Shown here: positions 18,814 through 28,611 of the stretch, in pieces
How the letters are laid out: each line of letters begins with the position of its first letter
Position numbering within the stretch: position 1 is the first letter of the stretch
From: Alphaproteobacteria bacterium
GTDB lineage: Bacteria; Pseudomonadota; Alphaproteobacteria; UBA8317
NCBI GenBank assembly: GCA_038131935.1
Contig: JAYPQH010000010.1
Span: forward strand, 21,342-85,341
DNA: 64,000 nt
Reading direction: 5' to 3'
Notes under the pieces: model-generated
What the model was told of the DNA's origin: nothing
The model's input: the letters and a program-made list of their open reading frames with translations, nothing else
Databases searched by the model: none
Program-made: the position numbers and the translations under genes

Positions 18814-19617
18814 TTAAGCTGCTGCGCTGATCGACTTTGGTGAATTGGATGTTTTTGATGATCCTAGACGGTGACTCCAGTCGATGATTTTGAACTGACC
18901 ATCAAATGTTTCGACCAGTGCTGTGCAGCTTTCCACCCAATCTCCATCATTCATGTATGTTATGCCATCAACATCTTTGATGGCAGCTTTGTGTATATGT
19001 CCCGCTATACAGCCTTGTAAGCCCCGTCTTTTGGCCTCATTGGCAACAGCACCTTCAAAGTCATCAACAAATTTCACAGCGTTTTTCACTTTGCTTTTAA
19101 GATACGCTGATAAGGACCAATAGCTGAAACCCAGTTTGCGGCGGACGAATGCTAGGATGGTATTTGCGCCTAATGCAGCGGAATAGGCCCAATCCCCAAG
19201 ATGCGCCAACCATTTGGCGTGTCTGATGACACCATCAAAGGCATCTCCATGAATGATAAGGTATTTTTTCCCATTGGCAGACTCGAATTCATCATCAAGA
19301 CGTAATTCAATTCCGCCAAAATGTGTTCCTATGTAATCACGTGCAAATTCATCATGATTGCCAGGAATAAAAATTACCCTTGTGCCTTTGCGCGCCTTAC
19401 GCAGGATTTTTTGGACCACATCATTATGTGCTTGTGGCCAGTACCAGCTTTTTTTTAGTCTCCAGCCATCAACAATATCTCCTACCAGATACAAATTTTC
19501 TGATTCATGATATTTGAAAAAATCAAGAAGTAATTCAGCCTTGCATCCCCGCGTTCCCAAGTGAACGTCAGATATGAATATGGTTCGGTAATGCTCTATT
19601 TTCGAAGACTCTGCCAT
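18814..19617 (-). CDS. plcP: PlcP-type phospholipase C (LpxH-like metallophosphoesterase)
   Basis: FISDVHLG, LVGDIVDGW, PGNHDE, HGDAFD, GHIH, NDGDWVESCTAL, paired with a GT4. Confidence 0.82.
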   Translation of the reverse strand: MAESSKIEHYRTIFISDVHLGTRGCKAELLLDFFKYHESENLYLVGDIVDGWRLKKSWYWPQAHNDVVQKILRKARKGTRVIFIPGNHDEFARDYIGTHFGGIELRLDDEFESANGKKYLIIHGDAFDGVIRHAKWLAHLGDWAYSAALGANTILAFVRRKLGFSYWSLSAYLKSKVKNAVKFVDDFEGAVANEAKRRGLQGCIAGHIHKAAIKDVDGITYMNDGDWVESCTALVETFDGQFKIIDWSHRLGSSKTSNSPKSISAAA

Positions 19618-19683
19618 AATGATATCTGCCCCATTTATTTCTTCAAAGCATTAAACATTTTTTTTCCGTGAAGAAAGTCTTAT

Positions 19684-20631
19684 TTAACGCTCAAAATAAG
19701 CCATTGCCGATTGTTTGTCCGCTTGTATTTGTGCAGCGAGAGCATCCAATCCATCAAATTTTTTTTCTGGCCGTATAAATTCCTCAAACCTAAAGGTTAA
19801 CCTCTTTGCGTAAATATCACCAACATCGCGAAACAAATGGACTTCTAACAAAGGGCTTGGCTCATCATCTGTAACTGTAGGTTTAACGCCAATATTAGCT
19901 ACTGCAGGAATCAACTCTTCGTCTATTATTGCATGGCCTGCATAAACGCCCAACTTGGGTAACAAGTAATTGGATGTATGCACATTTGCGGTTGGAAAAC
20001 CTAATTGTCGTGCCAATTTTCGACCAGGCGAAACATGTCCAGACATTTGAAATGGACGCGTCAGCATTCTGGTGGCTTTGTGGGTTTCACCATCACGTAA
20101 ATACTCGCGGATACGTGATGATGCATGTTCCTCACCACCTTCCAGTGTTTGTCTTTCTATCACAACAACATCAACACCTTTTGGTTCAAGATAATATTTT
20201 AACATATCTGGGTCGCCTTGGCGTTTTTGGCCAAAATGAAAGTCATAACCGATGATAACGGTTTGTGCATTCAGGGACTTCAAAAGTACGTCGTCCATAA
20301 ATTTTTGTGCGCTTAATCCTGCAAAGTGACGCGAAAATCTTTGGGCAAGGATCGTATCTATGCAAAATTGATCGAGCAGTGCAATTTTATCTCTAAGGGT
20401 TGTTAACCGAAAATTTTCAGAGGATACATGTGCGATCCTCTGAAAATATGTGCGAGGATGAGGCTCAAAAGTTAATAGAATGGGTTTAAGATTACGTTGG
20501 GTGCATATCGTTGAACATGTTTTAAGAAGGATTTGATGGCCTTCATGCAACCCATCAAAATTTCCAATGACGACGCCGTGACCTTTGTCACCATGATGAT
20601 AATCCTGATAATTTCTTACAAGAAATGTCAT
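19684..20631 (-). CDS. ribF: Riboflavin kinase / FAD synthetase
   Basis: IGNFDGLHEGH, TFEPHP, GYDFHFG, LGFPTAN, LEVHL, IRPEKKF. Confidence 0.97.
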   Translation of the reverse strand: MTFLVRNYQDYHHGDKGHGVVIGNFDGLHEGHQILLKTCSTICTQRNLKPILLTFEPHPRTYFQRIAHVSSENFRLTTLRDKIALLDQFCIDTILAQRFSRHFAGLSAQKFMDDVLLKSLNAQTVIIGYDFHFGQKRQGDPDMLKYYLEPKGVDVVVIERQTLEGGEEHASSRIREYLRDGETHKATRMLTRPFQMSGHVSPGRKLARQLGFPTANVHTSNYLLPKLGVYAGHAIIDEELIPAVANIGVKPTVTDDEPSPLLEVHLFRDVGDIYAKRLTFRFEEFIRPEKKFDGLDALAAQIQADKQSAMAYFER

Positions 20632-20704
20632 GTAAAATCCTGGGTATAAAAATTTTTGCAGATATGTTTTTGTGTAACAGGAGAATTGAGGGAATTATAC
20701 AGAA

Positions 20705-21688
20705 ATGACAAGTCTAAGTTTGTTTGCCCCAATAGAGCCTTACCAACACGACTATCTCGAGGTTGGTGACGGTCACCAAGTTTATTTTGAGCAATCTGGA
20801 AATCCTGATGGCATTCCTGTGATTTTTGTTCATGGTGGTCCTGGAGGAGGATGTGATCCTATCAACAGGCAATTGTTTGATCCCCAATTTTATCGGATCA
20901 TTATGATGGATCAACGTGGATGCGGAAAATCTCTGCCTCATGCCTGCCTTCAGCATAACACAACATGGCATCTTGTTGGTGACTTAGAGCGTTTGCGCGA
21001 AACATTACATATTGATTCCTGGATTGTTTTTGGTGGTTCTTGGGGATCAACATTGGGGCTGGCTTATGCGCAATCTCATTCTGAAAATGTTTTGGCGCTT
21101 GTGTTGCGTGGCATATTTTTGTTGCGTCGTCAGGAGTTGCTTTGGCTGTACCAACAAGGTGCGAGCTTCTTATACCCAGAGGAATTTGAGCGTTATTGTT
21201 CTGTGATTCCGAAGCATGAACGCGGTGATTTGATGTCAGCATTTTACAGGCGGCTTACAGGAAGCGATCAAGAGGAGGCATTGCGTGCTGCACGTGCTTG
21301 GAGCCGCTGGGAGGGTGCGCTGCTTTCTATGATGCCAAATGAGCAAAGAGCCCATGATTTCATGGAGGATCAATTCGCATTAGCCTTTGCACGTATTGAA
21401 TGTCATTATTTCGTGCATGGTGGTTGGTTTCGCGATGATGATCAATTGCTTCGGGATGTTGGTCATATTCGTCATATACCAGCTTATATTATCCATGGGC
21501 GGCAAGACGTTGTAACACCCATAGATAATGCTTGGCAGCTGGCGAAACGCTGGCCAGAAGCAAACTATATACCCGTAGAAGGTGCAGGGCACGCTTTTGA
21601 TGAGCCAGGTATTTTAGCTGAGCTACTTCTGGCTATGGAAAATCTTAAGCCAATTGCCAATCAGTTCATATCATCTAGGCGAAAGTGA
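20705..21688 (+). CDS. pip: Proline iminopeptidase
   Basis: HGGPGGG, DQRGCGKS, FGGSWGSTL, ARIECHYF, AGHA. Confidence 0.96.
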   Translation: MTSLSLFAPIEPYQHDYLEVGDGHQVYFEQSGNPDGIPVIFVHGGPGGGCDPINRQLFDPQFYRIIMMDQRGCGKSLPHACLQHNTTWHLVGDLERLRETLHIDSWIVFGGSWGSTLGLAYAQSHSENVLALVLRGIFLLRRQELLWLYQQGASFLYPEEFERYCSVIPKHERGDLMSAFYRRLTGSDQEEALRAARAWSRWEGALLSMMPNEQRAHDFMEDQFALAFARIECHYFVHGGWFRDDDQLLRDVGHIRHIPAYIIHGRQDVVTPIDNAWQLAKRWPEANYIPVEGAGHAFDEPGILAELLLAMENLKPIANQFISSRRK

Positions 21689-21990
21689 TATCGTCCCTCG
21701 TCGAAACCATCAAAGTAGTCATCTACATCTGGATGGTTAACTGGCCCTGCGTCAGCGTCAGGAACAAGGTTCTGCTCTGATACGTAGGCTGCGTAGGCTG
21801 TCTGTTCATTTTCTGCAAGTAAATGATAGAACGGCTGATGTCGTGATGGGCGAACTTCCTCAGGGATTGCTTGCCACCATTCTTCTGTATTTGCAAATTC
21901 GGGATCAACATCAACGATGACGCCCCGAAAAGGGTATCTGCGGTGACGAACAACGTCTCCAATCCGAAAGCGAGCGTTTCTTAACAACAT
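21661..21990 (-). CDS. hspQ: Heat shock protein HspQ
   Basis: FRIGDVVRHR..PFRGVIVDVDPEF, QPFYHLLAEN, YVSEQNL. Confidence 0.95.
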   Translation of the reverse strand: MLLRNARFRIGDVVRHRRYPFRGVIVDVDPEFANTEEWWQAIPEEVRPSRHQPFYHLLAENEQTAYAAYVSEQNLVPDADAGPVNHPDVDDYFDGFDEGRYHFRLDDMN

Positions 21991-22130
21991 AAATCTAATC
22001 CCATCACGTGTAACTTCATATATTTAGTCATCAGTTGGCTTTCGCGCAATCCTTTGCCCCAACCCAATTAAATAGAAATTACAATAATCAACATAATGAT
22101 AAAAATAGCAGGTACCCAGAAGTACATCTA

Positions 22131-23203
22131 TCAAACGGCTTTCATAAGCGTTCTAGCGAGGGATGAAAATGCATCTTTCACATCTTGTCTTGCATCCTTT
22201 TGAAGTACCAAAGGCGTACCTGAATCACCAGCTGCGCGAATGTCTGAATGCAGAGGCAAGCCTCCAAGATAATCAACAGACAATTCAGCAGCCATTTTTT
22301 TAACCCCATCTTGCCCAAATGGATAGCTACGTGTTGAGCAACATGGGCAGAGATAGTACGCCATATTTTCAATAACGCCATGTACAGGAATCTGAACCTG
22401 TCGAAACATTGCAATACCACGCTTTACATCTGCCAATGCCAAATCCTGGGGTGTAGAGACGATAACGGCCCCATCTACATGAACCCTCTGTGCTAGGGTG
22501 AGTTGAGCATCCCCCGTGCCCGGTGGGAGGTCAATAACCATGACATCAGGATTGTCCCACTTCACATCTTTGAGCATTTGCTCCAACGCACCCATGACCA
22601 TGGGACCTCGCCATACCACTGGTTTACCAGGTGCAATCAAATAACCAATGGACATGGTTTTTAGACCATGGATTTCTATGGGATGTATTTTCCCGTCTTG
22701 GCTCTCAGGTTTGTCACAATGGCCAAGCATAACGGGTAGGGATGGTCCATATATATCGGCATCGAGAAGTGCGGTACTCATACCAAGCTGAGAAAAGGAT
22801 GCGGCTAAGTTGACGGCAACAGTTGATTTTCCAACGCCACCTTTTCCCGAAGCTACCAATATGACGTGTTTTGCGCCTGTATTAATTTTTTCGCGAGATG
22901 AAGGGGCACTAGCTTGCTTGTCTGTTGTAGCCTGACTTGTGGGCCTATCTGGCTTTGTTGAGGAATGGCTAGATACAAATATGGGGGTGACGGACTGCGC
23001 TTTGGTCTCTGTTTGAATATGCTGGCACAATGCTAAGCCGAGATGGCGTTGGGCGCTATTTGGATTGTTCCCTAATAAAAGTGAAATTTGGATATGGTTC
23101 CCTTGGGTTTCAATCCCGGCGATCAGTCCCTCTTTGTCCAGATTTCGTAAGTTACCTTCGTAGGTAAGGATTCCAAAGCTTTTTGCAGATTTTCGTTATT
23201 CAT
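22131..23203 (-). CDS. apbC: Mrp/ApbC Fe-S cluster carrier ATPase, indel near 23169
   Basis: SGKGGVGKST, DADIYGPS, WRGPMV, DLPPGTGDAQL, CxxC. ATG 23203 overlaps the RND stop (ATGA) and rejoins the ORF frame after a 1-nt shift. Confidence 0.92.
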
Positions 23204-26200
23204 AGAGTTTCGCTCGCTTTGATCATTTTTTGATCTGTGGTGAGTTTTAGAATGTCATTCAGAATGGCTACCAAAGAAGGAACCACCAGTAAGATGAGGA
23301 ATGTAGATACAGCAAGGCCAAAGACAATGGTTGTTGCCATAGGAATAAGAAAACTTGCTTGGCGTGAGGTTTCAAAAAGCAGTGGTGTAAGTCCTCCGAT
23401 GGTGGTGAGAGAGGTGAGGAGTACAGCACGTAGGCGCTCACATGTTCCTTCTATAATTGCATCCATGGGGGCTGCTGTTCGCATTTTTTGGCTTATTGTG
23501 GTGATCAGGACAATCGAGTCATTTATGACAATTCCAGACAGTCCAAACATCGCGATAAGTGACAAAATAGTAATATTAAAATCTTGAATATAATGTCCCC
23601 AAATAGCGCCAATAAGACCAAGAGGGATAGTTAGAAGGATTGCAAGTGGTAAAATAAAGGAGCCAAAAATCCATGCAAGTGTGATGTAGATGAGCGACAA
23701 ACCAAGAATGCCACCTAGTTTCATATCCCCGAAAGTTTCTGCTTGTTCTTCTGATTTACCCCGAAATTGATAGTCTACAAGATAATCCCGTTGCATTTGT
23801 TCGAGGACAGATAGTCCAGTGGGGCCTGTCCGCTGCAGAGCCTCCATAATCTCACTGGTTGTGATTGTGCTTTTGTCTAATTCAGCAGTAACAGCCACCT
23901 CACGTTTGCCGTCCACCCTTTGAATTTGTGCAAACCCATTGGAAAATTTGCGTTCTACGATGTCTAATATTCTCACATCTTGGCCATTCGTGGTGGTAAT
24001 ATGAATAGTTTCTAGAATTGAAATACCTGTGGATTCTTCTGGATACCGCACTTTGACGGTCACCTCCTCGTCGCCTCGGGCGAAACGTTGCGCCACAGCG
24101 CCTTCAAGAGCATGACGCAGTTGCTGTCCCACGGTCTTTAGTTGCAACCCTAGTGCATTACCTCGATCGTTTAAGGATACCAATTCCTCTGGCTTTCCAT
24201 AAGGAAGATTATCTTCAATATTGCTCACCCCTACAAACCGCTCTAATTGCGTTTTGATAAACTCTGAGGCATTTTTTAAAGCTTGAAGATCGTTTCCAGT
24301 TAATCTTATGTCAACATCCTTACCAGGTGGGCCACCCCGTTGAGCTTGGACAGATAGGGACTTTACAGCAGCTAGTTCTGGTATGTTATTTCGCCATGCG
24401 TTGATAATTTGTTGGGTACGTACATCTCGAGTATCCGTGGGGCTAAGTTCCACGCGTACCCCTGCGAGGGTTTCTGTGGCTGCAGATGTGGAATTAGGGG
24501 CAAAACTTGTCCCCACGGCTGTGATCGACATAATGACAAGCTTTGACCCGCCCAATTCTTCAACCGTCTTGTAAAGGGCGTCTTCAACTTTTAAAATTGT
24601 CTCTTGGGTTTTCTCTCTGGATGTGCCTGCAACCATTTCCAAGCTTGCAGAAATGTTATCTGGTTCAGGGTCCTCAAAAAACACAAACCCAACACGCCCC
24701 CCAGCGACCATGCCGAAGGAAATAATCAAAAAAGAGAAGGCTGTTGCCACGGTGACGTAGCGCCATGCAACGGCCCGTCTTACGAAAGAGCGAAAGAGTC
24801 GATTTTTCAACCATTCAAACATATGATCAAAACGTCGTCTGAATGAGGAAGTTTTCGCTGCCGATTGTGATGATAAGGCGAGTTTTAAATGATGTGGTAG
24901 AATGAAAAAGCATTCCAACAAACTGGCTAGGAGAATAGCAACAACCACCATAGGAATGGCTCTGATAATATCTCCGATGATCCCTCCAATAAGAAGAAGA
25001 GGAAGAAAAGCAGAAATAGTCGTTAAGGTTGCAGATGCAACCGGTGCGGCCATCCTTGTGGCACCCATCAAAGCAGCTTGTTCGGGTTGGTAACCTTGCC
25101 TTGAGAGGTGGTCTGCATGTTCCCCAACAACAATGGCATCATCGACCACAATTCCAATCGCCATAATCATGCCGAATAGGCTTATCATGTTTATGCTTTG
25201 GCCTGTTAGAAACATGATGCTCATGGAGGTTAATACGGCGATGGGAATGCCAACAGCGACCCAAAAAGCAATCCTAGAATTAAGAAAAACAAATAGAATG
25301 GCAACAACCAGAACAAGTCCTGACAATCCATTTTCGAGGAGCAATGATATGCGTTCCTTAATGGGCTCGGACTGTATCCCATATCGCTCCACATTTAATT
25401 GGCTGGGTAATGTTGGAAGGGTGTCTTTTAGATAGTTATCAATAATTTTCGCCAATTCTAGCGCATCAGCATTCAAGGAGCGTTGAATGGATAGTTCAAC
25501 TGCGCGTTGACCTTTGCGCAACAATGTCGCTTGATCTTTGTTAAAGGCTTCTCGGACAGACGCAATATCTCTCAAACGGATATGAACACCGGAGGGATTT
25601 GCTTTAATAATTAAGTCCTCCAGGGCCTGCGCTTGTTCCACTTGCCCCATGGTTCGTATACGAATTTGTCCATCTCCAACCTTTCCTGATGGCAAATCTT
25701 GATTGCGACCGCCAATAGCCTGAGCAATTTCTCCCAAGGTCATATCCAACTGCCTTAGGCGGGCAGGATCAATTTCCACCCATATTTCTTCATCTCTAAT
25801 GCCGCGAATATCAATTTTATCAATGCCCATGTTTAAAAGGTCATCCCGCATCTGTTTGGCGATGACCTTCAATGAAGCCTCTGAATATGGGCCCGATATA
25901 ACCAGGCGGGAAATAAGATCATAACGCATGATCCTTTTGATGACTGGCTCTTCGGCTTCATCAGGAAAGGTGGTGATCCCAGAGATGGCTGACTCAACAG
26001 TGGAGAGGGCTGACTGCATATCACTTCCAGGATCATACTCTAGTGCTACAACCGCAGCGCCTTCAAACGCGACAGACCGAATATCATCGACACCATCAAG
26101 AAACCGTACTTCAGGTTCTATTGCGGCTACCAAATTGCTATCCACATCTTCAGCAGACGCGCCAGGCCAAGCTACGGAGACTTGAATGACATCGATGCCA

Positions 26201-26334
26201 AAATCAGGAAAGAATTGACGGTTAAGCTTGGTTAGTGATGCCAAACCCACCAGAACCATCAAAATCATGAGTAAGTTGGCTGCTGTAGGGTGATTGGTAA
26301 ATAAGGCAAGGATGCCTTGTGACCTAGCCTTCAT
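23200..26334 (-). CDS. RND efflux transporter permease (AcrB/AcrD/AcrF family)
   Basis: 1044 aa, GIVVDDAIVVGE, RLRAVLLTSLTTIGGLTP. Confidence 0.95.
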   Translation of the reverse strand: MKARSQGILALFTNHPTAANLLMILMVLVGLASLTKLNRQFFPDFGIDVIQVSVAWPGASAEDVDSNLVAAIEPEVRFLDGVDDIRSVAFEGAAVVALEYDPGSDMQSALSTVESAISGITTFPDEAEEPVIKRIMRYDLISRLVISGPYSEASLKVIAKQMRDDLLNMGIDKIDIRGIRDEEIWVEIDPARLRQLDMTLGEIAQAIGGRNQDLPSGKVGDGQIRIRTMGQVEQAQALEDLIIKANPSGVHIRLRDIASVREAFNKDQATLLRKGQRAVELSIQRSLNADALELAKIIDNYLKDTLPTLPSQLNVERYGIQSEPIKERISLLLENGLSGLVLVVAILFVFLNSRIAFWVAVGIPIAVLTSMSIMFLTGQSINMISLFGMIMAIGIVVDDAIVVGEHADHLSRQGYQPEQAALMGATRMAAPVASATLTTISAFLPLLLIGGIIGDIIRAIPMVVVAILLASLLECFFILPHHLKLALSSQSAAKTSSFRRRFDHMFEWLKNRLFRSFVRRAVAWRYVTVATAFSFLIISFGMVAGGRVGFVFFEDPEPDNISASLEMVAGTSREKTQETILKVEDALYKTVEELGGSKLVIMSITAVGTSFAPNSTSAATETLAGVRVELSPTDTRDVRTQQIINAWRNNIPELAAVKSLSVQAQRGGPPGKDVDIRLTGNDLQALKNASEFIKTQLERFVGVSNIEDNLPYGKPEELVSLNDRGNALGLQLKTVGQQLRHALEGAVAQRFARGDEEVTVKVRYPEESTGISILETIHITTTNGQDVRILDIVERKFSNGFAQIQRVDGKREVAVTAELDKSTITTSEIMEALQRTGPTGLSVLEQMQRDYLVDYQFRGKSEEQAETFGDMKLGGILGLSLIYITLAWIFGSFILPLAILLTIPLGLIGAIWGHYIQDFNITILSLIAMFGLSGIVINDSIVLITTISQKMRTAAPMDAIIEGTCERLRAVLLTSLTTIGGLTPLLFETSRQASFLIPMATTIVFGLAVSTFLILLVVPSLVAILNDILKLTTDQKMIKASETL

Positions 26335-27602
26335 GGTTGTACGGCCTTAACCAGGGCCCCAGAACCAAGTTCGGGGAAGCGTGATGTAACAATTTCTGTC
26401 CCCTCAGTTAATGAACCAGCCACAATAGCTTGGCCATTTTGTGAAAATAGATAGTTAACCTTTTTAGAGGTTATTCGGCCATCTTTGGAAATTTCAAAAA
26501 TGTCTTTATCTGGTCCAAGTGCTCTTTGCGGAATAACAAAAACGTCTTCTAAGATTGGTCCCGGCATATGCACTTCCACAAAAGCACCAGGCCGAAGTGG
26601 CGCAGGCAATGCCTTTACAACATCAGGCTTAATGGTCGCATATAATCCCACCGATGCTGTGCTCGCATCATACAAACCTTCAACGCGTGATAATTCTGCA
26701 AAAAACTCAGTTGCCTTAGTACCAATGCGCCAAATCACTTTTATGGGTGAACCAACGGGCAAAATTTGTTGTGTACCATAGCCCAGAATGATTCCAAGAT
26801 CGGCTTCGGAGAGCTCAAAACGTATCTCCATGCTATCTAATGGCCGTAAAACAGCCATTTTTTCATTTGGGCTTACTTCCAATCCGACAGCTGCTCGAAC
26901 ATTCGTTACATAGCCTGTGTTTGGTGCGAAAATTTTTGTATCCTGCAAGTCGCGTTCCGCGCGTTCCAAGGCTGCTTTTCGCTGGTCTGCAATGGCTTCT
27001 AACTTATCTACGCTGGCTTCTAATCTTCGAACAACTTGATTTTTCTGAATGATTGTTCGTTCAGCACGGGTAAGATCAAGTTTTGTTTTGTCCAATGCAG
27101 ACTGCGATTGCGTACCACGTTCTTGTAGGGCCAATGCGCGATCAAAGGTACGCTGGACGAGCTCTTTTTCTTCTTTGAGCGAAACGATCTGTGCACGCTC
27201 ACCTTCGATGTCGGCGAGTACTTCTTGAATTTGGGCTCTGGTTTCAAGAAGTTTCGCACGAGCATTCTCAAGATTGTTCTGGAATTGAAAAGGATCAACT
27301 TCCACAATGAGTTCGTCTTTTTTAAGCAAACTCCCATTAAACAGATTGCCCCCAACGTTCAAAATCTGGCCGGCGACAGGGGAACGAATTTCAATCTCGC
27401 GGTTGGATTGCACTGTACCATAAGAGGTTATCGAGGGCTGGATTGTTGCACGCTCCAGCTGCATGGTTTCCACCATCCAATATTTTTCCATTGGAGGTTC
27501 AGGTTGTGGAATGGCCTGGGTTGCTAATAGCAATTTAAAAATAGCTGCACTACCCGCCAAAAGGCCTAAGGCTGCGATTGTCTGCAAAACTGTCTTCACC
27601 AT
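26331..27602 (-). CDS. RND periplasmic adaptor subunit
   Basis: N-terminal anchor, lipoyl-like halves flanking a long coiled coil, LRPGAFV. 4-bp overlap with the permease. Confidence 0.9.
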   Translation of the reverse strand: MVKTVLQTIAALGLLAGSAAIFKLLLATQAIPQPEPPMEKYWMVETMQLERATIQPSITSYGTVQSNREIEIRSPVAGQILNVGGNLFNGSLLKKDELIVEVDPFQFQNNLENARAKLLETRAQIQEVLADIEGERAQIVSLKEEKELVQRTFDRALALQERGTQSQSALDKTKLDLTRAERTIIQKNQVVRRLEASVDKLEAIADQRKAALERAERDLQDTKIFAPNTGYVTNVRAAVGLEVSPNEKMAVLRPLDSMEIRFELSEADLGIILGYGTQQILPVGSPIKVIWRIGTKATEFFAELSRVEGLYDASTASVGLYATIKPDVVKALPAPLRPGAFVEVHMPGPILEDVFVIPQRALGPDKDIFEISKDGRITSKKVNYLFSQNGQAIVAGSLTEGTEIVTSRFPELGSGALVKAVQP

Positions 27603-27636
27603 GATTTGACTTTCCGCATTTTCACCGCATTACCAC

Positions 27637-27658
27637 CACAACTACTCATGTAGTTGTG
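27637..27658. promoter_or_regulatory. Inverted repeat CACAACTAC-TCAT-GTAGTTGTG upstream of the RND operon
   Basis: Perfect 9-bp arms, 35 bp upstream of the adaptor start. Confidence 0.5.
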
Positions 27659-27684
27659 TCTGATAAATTTGACAACTTTATTTC

Positions 27685-28611
27685 TTAATAACCTTTGTTG
27701 CGATGCACCAATCCTACTATTTCTTTGCCCTCAACAAAATCTTTTGCACGTTGAAAAAGGTCGGGAAGAGTCCATTCAGGACGTGATATACTCGCGATAT
27801 GTGGGGTAACCACAATTTGCTTATGGTTCCAGGTTGCATCGTCATGGGGAAGGGGTTCGGTATCGAAGACATCCAAGGTGGCCCGAGCTGAGGGATGACG
27901 GTTCAGCCATTCCAAAAGATCTTGTGTTGCGATTGAAGGCCCGCGGCCACTGTTAATGATGATAGCATCTGGTTGAAGGTTGCTTAGCAAATCTTTGTTT
28001 ACAATATTTTTTGTTTGTTCGGTTAAAGGTAACAAATTAATGAGGATATCACGACTTTGAACGGCATGGTGACAATCTGTGGTGGCAAAAATGTCTATCC
28101 CCAGCTCGTCGGTCCGTGATTGAGACGCGACAGCATTCACCTCTACGCCAAGAGAAAGAAGTGTTCGTGCGACATAGCTTCCAAGCTGTCCGTAACCAAG
28201 AACAGTTGCCTTCATGCCGTGAAGTAATCGTGGGCTTTCGGGCCTCCATTCTTTGTTTTTCTGGTCAGTCAAATATTTCGGAAATTTAAGAACATGAAGA
28301 AGAATACTTCCAATGATATAATCCCTCATTCCAAGCGCCAAACCTTCATCTGTCGCGCGTAAAATAGGACATGCAGGTAATTGGGCATTTTTGATTATTC
28401 GGTCTACGCCAGCCCAACAGGACAGAATGGCATGGCTTATATGTCTATGCTGATGATCCATGGTTGTCCCATCAACGAGTAAAAGGAAATCAGCGCCCGC
28501 GTCAGGACCTACCTCGCTGGTATGCAAGACCTTGCCTTGCGTCCAGAGGGTTTTCGCAGTTTCAATCCACTCAGCTTCGTTTTCCAAATGAGCGTCAATA
28601 ATTATATTCAT
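27685..28611 (-). CDS. D-2-hydroxyacid dehydrogenase (GhrA-like)
   Basis: AGVD, LGYGQLG, LLPLT, INSGRG, LDVFDTEPLP, VTPHIAS. Confidence 0.9.
   Translation of the reverse strand: MNIIIDAHLENEAEWIETAKTLWTQGKVLHTSEVGPDAGADFLLLVDGTTMDHQHRHISHAILSCWAGVDRIIKNAQLPACPILRATDEGLALGMRDYIIGSILLHVLKFPKYLTDQKNKEWRPESPRLLHGMKATVLGYGQLGSYVARTLLSLGVEVNAVASQSRTDELGIDIFATTDCHHAVQSRDILINLLPLTEQTKNIVNKDLLSNLQPDAIIINSGRGPSIATQDLLEWLNRHPSARATLDVFDTEPLPHDDATWNHKQIVVTPHIASISRPEWTLPDLFQRAKDFVEGKEIVGLVHRNKGY

Noticed and set aside
22022-22050. RpoH-type promoter for hspQ
   Set aside because: Only a weak match (ATTG...CTAAAT), not enough to call.
23237-26185. Long antisense ORFs opposite the RND gene, and similar ones elsewhere
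   Set aside because: Shadow frames of real genes with no recognisable motifs.
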